DNA from: Mobula hypostoma
Taxonomy: Eukaryota
NCBI RefSeq assembly: GCF_963921235.1
Contig: NC_086108.1
Coordinates: 115,818,001-115,882,000 of the forward strand
Length of the DNA stretch: 64,000 nt
Direction of reading: 5' to 3'
Below the pieces are notes generated by a model. It was not told where the DNA came from and searched no databases. It saw only the letters and a program-made list of their open reading frames with translations. Made by a program: the position numbers and the translations under genes. The first letter of the stretch is position 1; every line of letters starts with the position of its first letter. Below are positions 35,767 to 54,840 of the stretch, piece after piece.

Positions 35767-36521
35767 CAGATACACACACACACACACACGCAGATATACA
35801 CACACACATCAATACACACACACACACCTGCAGATATACACACACACATCAATACACACACAGGCAGATATACACACACACATCAATACACCAACATATG
35901 CAGATATACACACACATGAATACACACAAACTCATGCAGATATATACACACACATGCAGATATACACACAGATGCAGATATACACACACATCAATACACA
36001 CACACATGCACATATACACACACTCATCAATACACACACACACACCTGCAGATATACACACACACACATATGCAGATATACACACACACATCAATACAGA
36101 CACACACACACACACAGGCAGATACACACACACATCAACACACACACACACATGCAGATATACACACACACATGAATACACATACACACACGCAGATATA
36201 CACACACACATGCAGATATGCACACACAGATGCAGATATATGCACACACACATATGCAGATATACACACACACATGCAGATATACACACACACATCAATA
36301 CAGAAACACACACACACACACACACACAGGCAGATACACACACACATCAATACACACACACACATGCAGATATACACACACATGAATACACACAGACACA
36401 CATGCAGATATACACACACACATGCAGATATGCACACACAGATGCAGACATATACACACACATGCAGATATTGATACACACATCAATACACACACACCCA
36501 AGCAGATGTAGACACTCACAT
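31770..36521 (+). repeat. Duplication at offset 2781 bp, truncated by the gap; the first copy carries an internal 502 bp tandem duplication (~32780-33780)
   Basis: AAACTGATGC at 31801/34582, TGAAAACA at 32328/35109. Identical ORFs at 31807/34588 and at 32786/33288. Confidence 0.87.
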
Positions 36522-36721
36522 NNNNNNNNNNNNNNNNNNNNNNNNNNNNNNNNNNNNNNNNNNNNNNNNNNNNNNNNNNNNNNNNNNNNNNNNNNNNNNN
36601 NNNNNNNNNNNNNNNNNNNNNNNNNNNNNNNNNNNNNNNNNNNNNNNNNNNNNNNNNNNNNNNNNNNNNNNNNNNNNNNNNNNNNNNNNNNNNNNNNNNN
36701 NNNNNNNNNNNNNNNNNNNNN
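36522..36721. other. Assembly gap, 200 N
   Basis: Run of exactly 200 N. The round number suggests a placeholder for a gap of unknown size. Confidence 0.99.
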
Positions 36722-39700
36722 CACAGGCAGATATACACACTCGCATCAATACACACACACACGCAGATATACATACACACACATGCAGATATATACACAC
36801 ACATGGAGATATACACACACACATCAATACACACACACATGCAGATTTCCACACAAACATCAATACACACACACATGCATATATACACACACACATGCAG
36901 ATATACACACACACATCAATACACACACACACACACACATGCAGGTATACACACACACACATGCAGATCTACACACACATGCAGATATACACACACATCA
37001 ATACACACACATGCAGATATACACACACATGTAGATATACACACACATCAATACACACACACACATGCAGATATACACACGCACATCAATACATGCACAC
37101 ACATGCAGATATACACACACATCAATACACACACACACATGCAGATATACACACACACATCAATACACACACATGCAGATATACACACACACATCAATAC
37201 ACACACATGCAGATATACACACACATCAATACACACACACATGCAGATATACACACACATCAATACACACACACACACACATACACAGGCAGATATACAC
37301 ACAGACATCAATACACACACACACACACACACACACAGGCAGATATACACAAACACGAATACACACACACTCATGCAGATATACACCCACACATCAATAC
37401 ACACACACACACATGCAGATATACACACACACACATGCAGATCTACACACACATGCAGATATACACACACATCAATACACACACATGCAGATATACACAC
37501 ACACATCAAACACTCACACACACAGGCAGATATACACACACACATCAATACACACACACACATGCAGATATACACACATATGCAGATATACACACACACA
37601 CATGCAGATATACACACACACATCAATTCACACACACACATACAGATATACACACACACACATGCAGATACACACACACACATCAATACACACGCACACA
37701 TGCAGATATACACACACACATTAATACACACACACACATGCAGATATACATATGCACACATGCAGGTATATACACACACATGGAGATATACACACACACA
37801 TCAATACACACACACATGCAGATTTCCACACACACATCAATACACACACACTGATGCAGATATACACACACACACAGGCAGATGTACACACAAATCAATA
37901 CACACACACACACACACACAGGCAAATATACACACACATATCAATACACACACACATGCAGATATACACACACATCAATACACATACACACACAGGCAGA
38001 TGTATACACACACATCAATACACACACACACATGCAGATATACACACACATATCCATACACACACACATGCAGATATACACACACACACATCAATACACA
38101 CACAGACATGCAGATATACACACACGCATCAATACACACACACACAGGCAGATGTACACACAAATCAATACACACACACACACACAGGCAGATATACACA
38201 CACACACACATGAATACACACACACACACATGCAGATATACACACACACATCAATACACACACACATGCAGATATACACACACACACATCAATACACACA
38301 CAGACATGCAGATATACACACACGCATCAATACACACACACACACAGGCAGATGTACACACAAATCAATACACACACACACACACACAGGCAGATATACA
38401 CACACACATGAATACACACACACACACACATGCAGATATACACACACACATCAATACACACACATGCAGATATACACACACATCAATACACACACACATG
38501 CAGATATACACACACACATCAATACACACACACACAGGCAGATATACACACACATCAATACACACACACACATGCAGATATACACACACACATCAATACG
38601 CAAACACACACATGCAGATATACACACACATCAATACACACACACATGCAGATATACACCCACACATCAATACACACACACACACATGCAGATATACACA
38701 CACACATCAATTCACACACACACATACAGATATACACACACACACATGCAGATACACACACACACATCAATACACACACACACATGCAGATATACACACA
38801 CACATTAATACACACACACAGGCAGATATACACACACAGGCAGATATACACACACGCATCGATACACGCACACACACACGCAGATATACATACACACACA
38901 TGCAGATATATACACACACATGGAGATATACACACACACACATGCAGATTTCCACACAAACATCAATACACACACACACACATGCATATATACACACACA
39001 CATGTAGATATACACACACACATCAATACACACACACACACATGCAGATATACACACACACATGTAGATCTACACACACATGCAGATATATACACACACA
39101 TCAATACACACACATGCAGATATACACACACACATGTAGATATACACACACATCAATATACACACACACATACATGCAGATATACACACGCACATCAATA
39201 CATGCACACACATGCAGATATACACACACATCAATACACACACACACATGCAGATATACACACACACATCAATACACACACACATGCAGATATACACACA
39301 CACATCAATACACACACACACACATGCAGATATACACACACATCAATACACACACACATGCAGATGTACACACACACATCAATACACACACACACACACA
39401 TACACAGGCAGATATACACACAGACATCAATACACACACACACACACACACACACACATGCAGATATACACACACACATCAATACGCAAACACACACATG
39501 CAGATATACACACACATCAATACACACACACATGCAGATATACACCCACACATCAATACACACACACACACATGCAGATATACACACACACATCAATTCA
39601 CACACACACATACAGATATACACACACACACATGCAGATACACACACACACATCAATACACACACACACATGCAGATATACAGACACACATTAATACACA

Positions 39701-39749
39701 CACACAGGCAGATATACACACACACAGGCAGATATACACACACGCATCA

Positions 39750-40044
39750 ATACACGCACACACACATGCAGATATACATATGCACACATGCAGGTATATA
39801 CACACACATGGAGATATACACACACACATCAATACACACACACATGCAGATTTCCACACACACATCAATACACACACACTGATGCAGATGTACACACACA
39901 CACAGGCAGATATACACACACATCAACACACACACACACACACAGGCAAATATACACACACACATCAATACACATACACACACAGGCAGATGTATACACA
40001 CACATCAATACACACACACACATGCAGATATACACACACATATC

Positions 40045-40089
<45 letters not shown>

Positions 40090-42986
40090 GCAGATATATA
40101 CACACACACATGAATACACACACACACATGCAGATATACACACACACATCAATACCCACACACATGCAGATATACACACACACACATCAATACACACACA
40201 CAGACATGCAGATATACACACACGCATCAATACACACACACACAGGCAGATGTACACACAAATCAATACACACACACACACACAGAGGCAGATATACACA
40301 CACACACATGAATACACACACACACACATGCAGATATACACACACACATCAATACACACACACACATGCAGATATACACACACACATCAATACACACACA
40401 CACACATGCAGATATACACACACACATCAATACACACACACACACATGCAGATATACACACACACATCAATACACACACACACAGAGGTAGATATACACA
40501 CACGCTTCAATACACGCACACACACATGCAGATATACATATGCACACATGCAGGTATATGCACACACATGGAGATATACACACACACATCAATACACACA
40601 CACATGCAGATTTCCACACACACATCAATACACACACACTGATGCAGATATACAAACACGCATCAATACACACACACACAGGCAGATGTACACACAAATC
40701 AATACACACACACACACACAGGCAGATATACACACACACACACATGAATACACACACACACATGCAGATATACACACACACATCAATACACACACACACA
40801 TGCAGATATACACACACATCAATACACACACACATGCAGATATACACACACACATCAATACAGACACACACGCAGATATACACACACATCAATACACACA
40901 CACACATGCAGATATACACACACACATCAATACGCAAACACACACATGCAGGTATACACACACATCAATACACACACACATGCAGATATACACCCACACA
41001 TCAATACACACACACACACATGCAGATATACACACACACATCAATACACACACACACACATACAGATATACACACACACACATGCAGATACACACACACA
41101 CATCAATACACACACACACATGCAGATATACACACACACATTAATACACACACATGCAGATATACACACACACAGGCAGATATACACACACACATCAATA
41201 CACACACATGCAGATATACACACACACATGTAGATATACACACACATCAATACACACACACACACATGCAGATATATACACACAGATCTATACACACACA
41301 CATGCAGATATACACACACACACCAATACACACACACACGCACATGCAGATATACACACACACATCAATTCACACACACACACATACAGATAGACACACA
41401 CACACACATGCAGATACACACACACATCAATACACACACACACATGCAGATATACACACACACATCAATACACACACACACAGGCAGATATACACACACG
41501 TCAATACACACACACACACGCAGATATACACAAACACAGCAATACACACACATGCAGATATACACACACATCAATACACACACACACACATGCAGATATA
41601 CACACACACATCAATTCACACACACACACATGCAGATATACACACACACATCAATTCACACACACACACATACAGATAGACACACACACACATGCAGATA
41701 CACACACACATCAATACACACACACACACATGCAGATATACACACACACATCAATACACACACACACAGAGGTAGATATACACACACGCATCAATACACG
41801 CACACACACATGCAGATATACATATGCACAAATGCAGGTATATACACACACATGGAGATATACACACACACATCAATACACACACACATGCAGATTTCCA
41901 AACACACATCAATACACACACACTGATGCAGATATACACACACACACAGGCAGATATACACACACATCAACACACACACACACACAGGCAAATATACACA
42001 CACATATCAATACACACACACATGCAGATATACACACACATCAATACACATACACACACAGGCAGATGTATACACACATCAATACACACACACACATGCA
42101 GATATACACACACATATCCATACACACACACACACACACATGAATACACACACACACATCAATACACACACACAGACATGCAGATATACACACACGCATC
42201 AATACACACACACATGCAGATATACACACACACATCAATACACACACACAGACATGCAGATATACACACACGCATCAATACACACACACACAGGCAGATG
42301 TACACACAAATCAATACACACACACACACACACACACAGGCAGATATACACACACACATGAATACACACACACAGACACATGCAGATATACACACACACA
42401 TCAATACACACACACATGCAGATATACACACACATCAATACACACACACATGCAGATATACACACACACACACATCAATACACACACACACACAGGCAGA
42501 TATACACACACATCAATACACACACACATGCAGATATACACACACACATCAATACGCAAACACACACATGCAGATATACACACACACATGCAGATATACA
42601 CCCACACATCAATACACACACACACACATGCAGATATACACACACACATCAATACACACACACACAGAGGTAGATATACACACACGCTTCAATACACGCA
42701 CACACACATGCAGATATACATATGCACACATGCAGGTATATACACACACATGGAGATATACACACACACATCAATACACACACACATGCAGATTTCCACA
42801 CACACATCAATACACACACACTGATGCAGATGTACACACACACACAGGCAGATATACACACACATCAACACACACACACACACACAGGCAAATATACACA
42901 CACACATCAATACACATACACACACAGGCAGATGTATACACACACATCAATACACACACACACATGCAGATATACACACACATATC

Positions 42987-43025
<39 letters not shown>

Positions 43026-45770
43026 GCAGATATATACACACACACATGAATACACACACACACATGCAGATATACACACACACATCAATACCCACACACA
43101 TGCAGATATACACACACACACATCAATACACACACACAGACATGCAGATATACACACACACATCAATACACACACACACAGGCAGATGTACACACAAATC
43201 AATACACACACACACACACAGAGGCAGATATACACACACACACATGAATACACACACACACACATGCAGATATACACACACACATCAATACACACACACA
43301 CATGCAGATATACACACATGAATACACACACACACACATGCAGATATACACACACACATCAATACACACACACACATGCAGATATACACACACACATCAA
43401 TACACACACACACAGAGGTAGATATACACACACGCTTCAATACACGCACACACACATGCAGATATACATATGCACACATGCAGGTATATACACACACATG
43501 GAGATATACACACACACATCAATACACACACACATGCAGATTTCCACACACACATCAATACACACACACTGATGCAGATATACAAACACGCATCAATACA
43601 CACACACACAGGCAGATGTACACACAAATCAATACACACACACACACACAGGCAGATATACACACACACACACATGAATACACACACACACACACATGCA
43701 GATATACACACACACATCAATACACACACACACATGCAGATATACACACACATCAATACACACACACATGCAGATATACACACACACATCAATACAGACA
43801 CACACGCAGATATACACACACATCAATACACACACACACATGCAGATATACACACACACATCAATACGCAAACACACACATGCAGGTATACACACACATC
43901 AATACACACACACATGCAGATATACACCCACACATCAATACACACACACACACATGCAGATATACACACACACATCAATTCACACACACACATACAGATA
44001 TACACACACACACATGCAGATACACACACACACACATCAATACACACACACACATGCAGATATACACACACACATTAATACACACACATAGGCAGATATA
44101 CACACACACAGGCAGATATACACACACACATCAATACACACACATGCAGATATACACACACAGATGTAGATATACACACACATCAATACACACACACACA
44201 CATGCAGATATATACACACAGATCTATACACACACACACATGCAGATATACACACACACACCAATACACACACACACACACATGCAGATATACACACACA
44301 CATCAATTCACACACACACACATACAGATAGACACACACACACATGCAGATACACACACACATCAATACACACACACACACATGCAGATATACACACACA
44401 CATCAATACACACACACACAGGCAGATATACACACACGTCAATACACACACACACACACGCAGATATACACAAACACATCAATACACACACATGCAGATA
44501 TACACACACATCAATACACACACACACACATGCAGATATACACACACACATCAATTCACACACACACACACATGCAGATATACACACACACATCAATTCA
44601 CACACACACACATACAGATAGACACACACACACATGCAGATACACACACACATTAATACACACACACACACATGCAGATATACACACACACATCAATACA
44701 CACACACACAGAGGTAGATATACACACACGCATCAATACACGCACACACACATGCAGATATACATATGCACACATGCAGGTATATACACACACATGGAGA
44801 TATACACACACACATCAATACACACACACATGCAGATTTCCAAACACACATCAATACACACACACTGATGCAGATATACACACACACACAGGCAGATATA
44901 CACACACATCAACACACACACACACACAGGCAAATATACACACACATATCAATACACACACACATGCAGATATACACACACATCAATACACATACACACA
45001 CAGGCAGATGTATACACACACATCAATACACACACACACATGCAGATATACACACACATATCCATACACACACACACACACACACATGAATACACACACA
45101 CACATCAATACACACACACAGACATGCAGATATACACACACGCATCAATACACACACACATGCAGATATATACACACACACACATCAATACACACACACA
45201 GACATGCAGATATACACACACGCATCAATACACACACACACAGGCAGATGTACACACAAATCAATACACACACACACACAGGCAGATATACACACACACA
45301 TGAATACACACACACAGACACATGCAGATATACACACACACATCAATACACACACACATGCAGATATACACACACATCAATACACACACACATGCAGATA
45401 TATACACACACACACATCAATACACACACACACAGGCAGATATACACACACATCAATACACACACACACATGCAGATATACACACACACACATCAATACG
45501 CAAACACACACATGCAGATATACACACACACATGCAGATATACACCCACACATCAATACACACACACACACATGCAGATATACACACACACATCAATACA
45601 CACACACACAGAGGTAGATATACACACACGCTTCAATACACGCACACACACATGCAGATATACATATGCACACATGCAGGTATATACACACACATGGAGA
45701 TATACACACACACATCAATACACACACACATGCAGATTTCCACACACACATCAATACACACACACTGATG
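39750..45770 (+). repeat. Higher-order tandem duplication, unit ~2.94 kb
   Basis: AATACCCACA at 40151/43087, CAGATCTATA at 41283/44219, CACGTCAATA at 41497/44435. ORFs recur at +2942. Confidence 0.88.
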
Positions 45771-46392
45771 CAGATATACAAACACGCATCAATACACACA
45801 CACACAGGCAGATGTACACACAAATCAATACACACACACACACAGGCAGATATACACACACACACATGAATACACACACACACACACATGCAGATATACA
45901 CACACACATCAATACGCAAACACACACATGCAGGTATACACACACATCAATACACACACACATGCAGATACACACACACACACATCAATACACACACACA
46001 CATGCAGATATACACACACACATAGGCAGATATACACACACACAGGCAGATATACACACACGCATCAATACACGCACACACACATGCAGATATACATATG
46101 CACACATGCAGGTATATACACACATATGGAGATATACACACACACATCAATACACACACACATGCAGATTTCCACACACACATCAATACACACACACTGA
46201 TACAGATATATACACACACACACAGGCAGATATACACACACATCAACACACACACACACAGGCAAATATACACACACATATCAACACACACACACATGCA
46301 GATATACACACACATCAATACACATACACACACAGGCAGATGTATACACACACATCAATACACACACACATGCAGATATACACACACATATC

Positions 46393-46428
<36 letters not shown>

Positions 46429-47747
46429 CAGATATATACACACACACATGAATACACACACACACACACACATGCAGATATACACACACACACATCAATA
46501 CACACACACATGCAGATATACACACACACACATCAATACACACACACAGACATGCAGATATACACACACGCATCAATGCACACACACACAGGCAGATGTA
46601 CACACAAATCAATACACACACACACACACAGGCAGATATACACACACACATGAATACACACACACACACACATGCAGATATACACACACACATCAATACA
46701 CACACACACATGCAGATATACACACACATCAATACACACACACACATGCAGATATACACACACACATCAATACACACACACACATGCAGATATACACACA
46801 CACATCAATACACACACACACAGAGGTAGATATACACACACGCATCAATACACGCACACACACATGCAGATATACATATGCACAAATGCAGGTATATACA
46901 CACACATGGAGATATACACACACACATCAATACACACACACATGCAGATTTCCACACACACATCAATACACACACACTGATGCAGATATACACACACACA
47001 CAGGCAGATATACACACACATCAACACACACACACACACAGGCAAATATACACACACATATCAATACACACACACATGCAGATATACACACACATCAATA
47101 CACATACACACACAGGCAGATGTATACACACACATCAATACACACACACACATGCAGATATACACACACATATCCATACACACACACATGCAGATATACA
47201 CACACACACATCAATACACACACAGACATGCAGATATACACACACGCATCAATACACACACACACAGGCAGATGTACACACAAATCAATACACACACACA
47301 CACAGGCAGATATACACACACACACATGAATACACACACACACATGCAGATATACACACACACATCAATACACACACACATGCAGATATAAACACACACA
47401 CATCAATACACACACAGACATGCAGATATACACACACGCATCAATACACACACACACAGGCAGATGTACACACAAATCAATACACACACACAGGCAGATA
47501 TACACACACACATCACATGCAGATATACACACACACATCAATACACACACACATGCAGATTTCCAAACACACATCAATACACACACACTGATGCAGATAT
47601 ACACACACACACAGGCAAATATACACACACATATCAATACACACACACATGCAGATATACACACACATCAATACACATACACACACAGGCAGATGTATAC
47701 ACGCACATCAATACACACACACACATGCAGATATACACACACATATC

Positions 47748-47789
<42 letters not shown>

Positions 47790-48304
47790 AATACACACAC
47801 ACACATCAATACACACACACAGACATGCAGATATACACACACGCATCAATACACACACACAGGCAGATATACACACACACACATGAATACACACACACAC
47901 ATGCAGATATACACACACACATCAATACACACACACATGCAGATATAAACACACACACATCAATACACACACAGACATGCAGATATACACACACGCATCA
48001 ATACACACACACACAGGCAGATGTACACACAAATCAATACACACACACAGGCAGATATACACACACACATCACATGCAGATATACACACACACATCAATA
48101 CACACACACATGCAGATTTCCAAACACACATCAATACACACACACTGATGCAGATATACACACACACACAGGCAAATATACACACACATATCAATACACA
48201 CACACATGCAGATATACACACACATCAATACACATACACACACAGGCAGATGTATACACACACATCAATACACACACACACATGCAGATATACACACACA
48301 TATC

Positions 48305-48352
<48 letters not shown>

Positions 48353-49756
48353 AATACACACACACACATCAATACACACACACAGACATGCAGATATACA
48401 CACACGCATCAATACACACACACATGCAGATATACACACACACACATCAATACACACACACAGACATGCAGATATACACACACGCATCAATACACACACA
48501 CACAGGCAGATGTACACACAAATCAATACACACACACACACACACAGGCAGATATACACACACACATGAATACACACACACAGACACATGCAGATATACA
48601 CACACACATCAATACACACACACATGCAGATATACACACACATCAATACACACACACATGCAGATATACACACACACACATCAATACACACACACACACA
48701 GGCAGATATACACACACATCAATACACACACACATGCAGATATACACACACACACATCAATACGCAAACACACACATGCAGATATACACACACACATGCA
48801 GATATACACCCACACATCAATACACACACACACACATGCAGATATACACACACACATCAATACACACACACACAGAGGTAGATATACACACACGCTTCAA
48901 TACACGCACACACACATGCAGATATACATATGCACACATGCAGGTATATACACACACATGGAGATATACACACACACATCAATACACACACACATGCAGA
49001 TTTCCACACACACATCAATACACACACACTGATGCAGATATACAAACACGCATCAATACACACACACACAGGCAGATGTACACACAAATCAATACACACA
49101 CACACACACAGGCAGATATACACACACACACATGAATACACACACACACACATGCAGATATACACACACACATCAATACGCAAACACACACATGCAGGTA
49201 TACACACACATCAATACACACACACATGCAGATATACACCCACACATCAATACACACACACACACATGCAGATATACACACATACATCAATTCACACACA
49301 CACATACAGATATACACACACACACATGCAGATACACACACACACACATCAATACACACACACACATGCAGATATACACACACACATAGGCAGATATACA
49401 CACACACAGGCAGATATACACACACGCATCAATACACGCACACACACATGCAGATATACATATGCACACATGCAGGTATATACACACACATGGAGATATA
49501 CACACACACATCAATACACACACACATGCAGATTTCCACACACACATCAATACACACACACTGATACAGATATATACACACACACACAGGCAGATATACA
49601 CACACATCAACACACACACACACAGGCAAATATACACACACATATCAACACACACACACATGCAGATATACACACACATCAATACACATACACACACAGG
49701 CAGATGTATACACACACATCAATACACACACACATGCAGATATACACACACATATC

Positions 49757-49792
<36 letters not shown>

Positions 49793-51121
49793 CAGATATA
49801 TACACACACACATGAATACACACACACACACACACATGCAGATATACACACACACATCAATACACACACACATGCAGATATACACACACACACATCAATA
49901 CACACACACAGACATGCAGATATACACACACGCATCAATACACACACACACAGGCAGATGTACACACAAATCAATACACACACACACACACAGGCAGATA
50001 TACACACACACATGAATACACACACAAACACACATGCAGATATACACACACACATCAATACACACACACACATGCAGATATACACACACATCAATACACA
50101 CACACATGCAGATATACACACACACATTAATACACACACAGGCAGATATACACACACACAGGCAGACATACACACACGCATCAATACACGCACACACACA
50201 TGCAGATATACATATGCACACATGCAGGTATATACACACACATGGAGATATACACACACACATCAATACACACACACATGCAGATTTCCACACACACATC
50301 AATACACACACACTGATGCAGATATACACACACACACAGGCAGATATACACACACATCAACACACACACACACACAGGCAAATATACACACACATATCAA
50401 TACACACACACATGCAGATATACACACACATCAATACACATACACACACAGGCAGATGTATACACACACATCAATACACACACACACATGCAGATATACA
50501 CACACATATCCATACACACACACATGCAGATATACACACACACACATCAATACACACACAGACATGCAGATATACACACACGCATCAATACACACACACA
50601 CAGGCAGATGTACACACAAATCAATACACACACACACACAGGCAGATATACACACACACACATGAATACACACACACACATGCAGATATACACACACACA
50701 TCAATACACACACACATGCAGATATAAACACACACACATCAATACACACACAGACATGCAGATATACACACACGCATCAATACACACACACACAGGCAGA
50801 TGTACACACAAATCAATACACACACACAGGCAGATATACACACACACATCACATGCAGATATACACACACACATCAATACACACACACATGCAGATTTCC
50901 AAACACACATCAATACACACACACTGATGCAGATATACACACACACACAGGCAGATATACACAAACATCAACACACACACACACACAGGCAAATATACAC
51001 ACACATATCAATACACACACACATGCAGATATACACACACATCAATACACATACACACACAGGCAGATGTATACACACACATCAATACACACACACACAT
51101 GCAGATATACACACACATATC

Positions 51122-51158
<37 letters not shown>

Positions 51159-52150
51159 CAATACACACACAGACATGCAGATATACACACACACATGCAG
51201 ATATACACACACATGAATACACACACACATGCAGATATACACACACACATCAATACACACACACACAGGCAGATATACACACACACATCAATACGCAAAC
51301 ACACACATGCAGATATACACACACATCAATACACACACACATGCAGATATACACCCACACATCAATACACACACACACACATGCAGATATACACACACAC
51401 ATCAATTCACACACACACATACAGATATACACACACACACATGCAGATACACACACACACATCAATACACACACACACATGCAGATATACACACACACAT
51501 TAATACACACACACAGGCAGATATACACACACAGGCAGATATACACACACAGGCAGATATACACACACGCATCAATACACGCACACACACACGCAGATAT
51601 ACATACACACACATGCAGATATATACACACACATGGAGATATACACACACACATGCAGATTTCCACACAAACATCAATACACACACACACACACATGCAT
51701 ATATACACACACATGCAGATATACACACACACATCAATACACACACACACACACATGCAGATATACACACACACACATGCAGATCTACACACACATGCAG
51801 ATATATACACACACATCAATACACACACATGCAGATATACACACACACATGTAGATATACACACACATCAATACACACACACACACATACATGCAGATAT
51901 ACACACGCACATCAATACATGCACACACATGCAGATATACACACAGATCAATACACACACACACATGCAGATATACACACACAGATCAATACACACACAT
52001 GCAGGTATACACACACACATCAATACACACACACACACACACACACATGAAGATATACACACACATCAATACACACACACATGCAGATGTACACACACAC
52101 ATCAATACACACACACACACATACACAGGCAGATATACACACAGACATCA

Positions 52151-52183
<33 letters not shown>

Positions 52184-53358
52184 CAGATATACACACACAC
52201 ATCAATACGCAAACACACACATGCAGATATACACACACATCAATACACACACACATGCAGATATACACCCACACATCAATACACACACACACACATGCAG
52301 ATATACACACACACATACAGATATACACACACACACATGCAGATACACACACACACATCAATACACACACACACACACATGCATATATACACACACATGC
52401 AGATATACACACACACATCAATACACACACACACACACATGCAGATATACACACACACACATGCAGATCTACACACACATGCAGATATATACACACACAT
52501 CAATACACACACATGCAGATATACACACACACATGTAGATATACACACACATCAATACACACACACACACATACATGCAGATATACACACGCACATCAAT
52601 ACATGCACACACATGCAGATATACACACAGATCAATACACACACACACATGCAGATATACACACACATCAATACACATACACACACAGGCAGATGTATAC
52701 ACACACATCAATACACACACACACATGCAGATATACACACACATATCCATACACACACACATGCAGATATACACACACACACATCAATACACACACAGAC
52801 ATGCAGATATACACACACGCATCAATACACACACACACAGGCAGATGTACACACAAATCAATACACACACACACACAGGCAGATATACACACACACACAT
52901 GAATACACACACACACATGCAGATATACACACACACATCAATACACACACACATGCAGATATAAACACACACACATCAATACACACACAGACATGCAGAT
53001 ATACACACACGCATCAATACACACACACACAGGCAGATGTACACACAAATCAATACACACACACAGGCAGATATACACACACACATCACATGCAGATATA
53101 CACACACACATCAATACACACACACATGCAGATTTCCAAACACACATCAATACACACACACTGATGCAGATATACACACACACACAGGCAGATATACACA
53201 AACATCAACACACACACACACACAGGCAAATATACACACACATATCAATACACACACACATGCAGATATACACACACATCAATACACATACACACACAGG
53301 CAGATGTATACACACACATCAATACACACACACACATGCAGATATACACACACATATC

Positions 53359-53398
<40 letters not shown>

Positions 53399-54804
53399 AA
53401 TACACACACACACATCAATACACACACACAGACATGCAGATATACACACACGCATCAATACACACACACATGCAGATATACACACACACACATCAATACA
53501 CACACACAGACATGCAGATATACACACACGCATCAATACACACACACACAGGCAGATGTACACACAAATCAATACACACACACACACACACACAGGCAGA
53601 TATACACACACACATGAATACACACACACAGACACATGCAGATATACACACACACATCAATACACACACACATGCAGATATACACACACATCAATACACA
53701 CACATGCAGATATACACACACACACATCAATACACACACACACACAGGCAGATATACACACACATCAATACACACACACATGCAGATATACACACACACA
53801 CATCAATACGCAAACACACACATGCAGATATACACACACACATGCAGATATACACCCACACATCAATACACACACACACACATGCAGATATACACACACA
53901 CATCAATACACACACACACAGAGGTAGATATACACACACGCTTCAATACACGCACACACACATGCAGATATACATATGCACACATGCAGGTATATACACA
54001 CACATGGAGATATACACACACACATCAATACACACACACATGCAGATTTCCACACACACATCAATACACACACACTGATGCAGATATACAAACACGCACC
54101 AATACACACACACACAGGCAGATGTACACACAAATCAATACACACACACACACACAGGCAGATATACACACACACACATGAATACACACACACACACACA
54201 TGCAGATATACACACACACATCAATACGCAAACACACACATGCAGGTATACACACACATCAATACACACACACATGCAGATATACACCCACACATCAATA
54301 CACACACACACACATGCAGATATACACACATACATCAATTCACACACACACATACAGATATACACACACACACATGCAGATACACACACACACACATCAA
54401 TACACACACACACATGCAGATATACACACACACATAGGCAGATATACACACACACAGGCAGATATACACACACGCATCAATACACGCACACACACATGCA
54501 GATATACATATGCACACATGCAGGTATATACACACACATGGAGATATACACACACACATCAATACACACACACATGCAGATTTCCACACACACATCAATA
54601 CACACACACTGATACAGATATATACACACACACACAGGCAGATATACACACACATCAACACACACACACACAGGCAAATATACACACACATATCAACACA
54701 CACACACATGCAGATATACACACACATCAATACACATACACACACAGGCAGATGTATACACACACATCAATACACACACACATGCAGATATACACACACA
54801 TATC

Positions 54805-54840
<36 letters not shown>

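Larger units (their letters stand above)
11686..36521 (+). repeat. CA-rich satellite array, subfamily A, CA-strand orientation
   Basis: Same monomer and same diagnostic variants as 1-9583 (CCCAAGCAGATATAGACACT, GATATTGACA, AAACTCATGC, GGCAGATAATCA, TGCAGATTTACACAGACA). Confidence 0.98.

Noticed and set aside
35454..37034. ORFs spanning the N run
   Set aside because: Artefacts of translating through the assembly gap.
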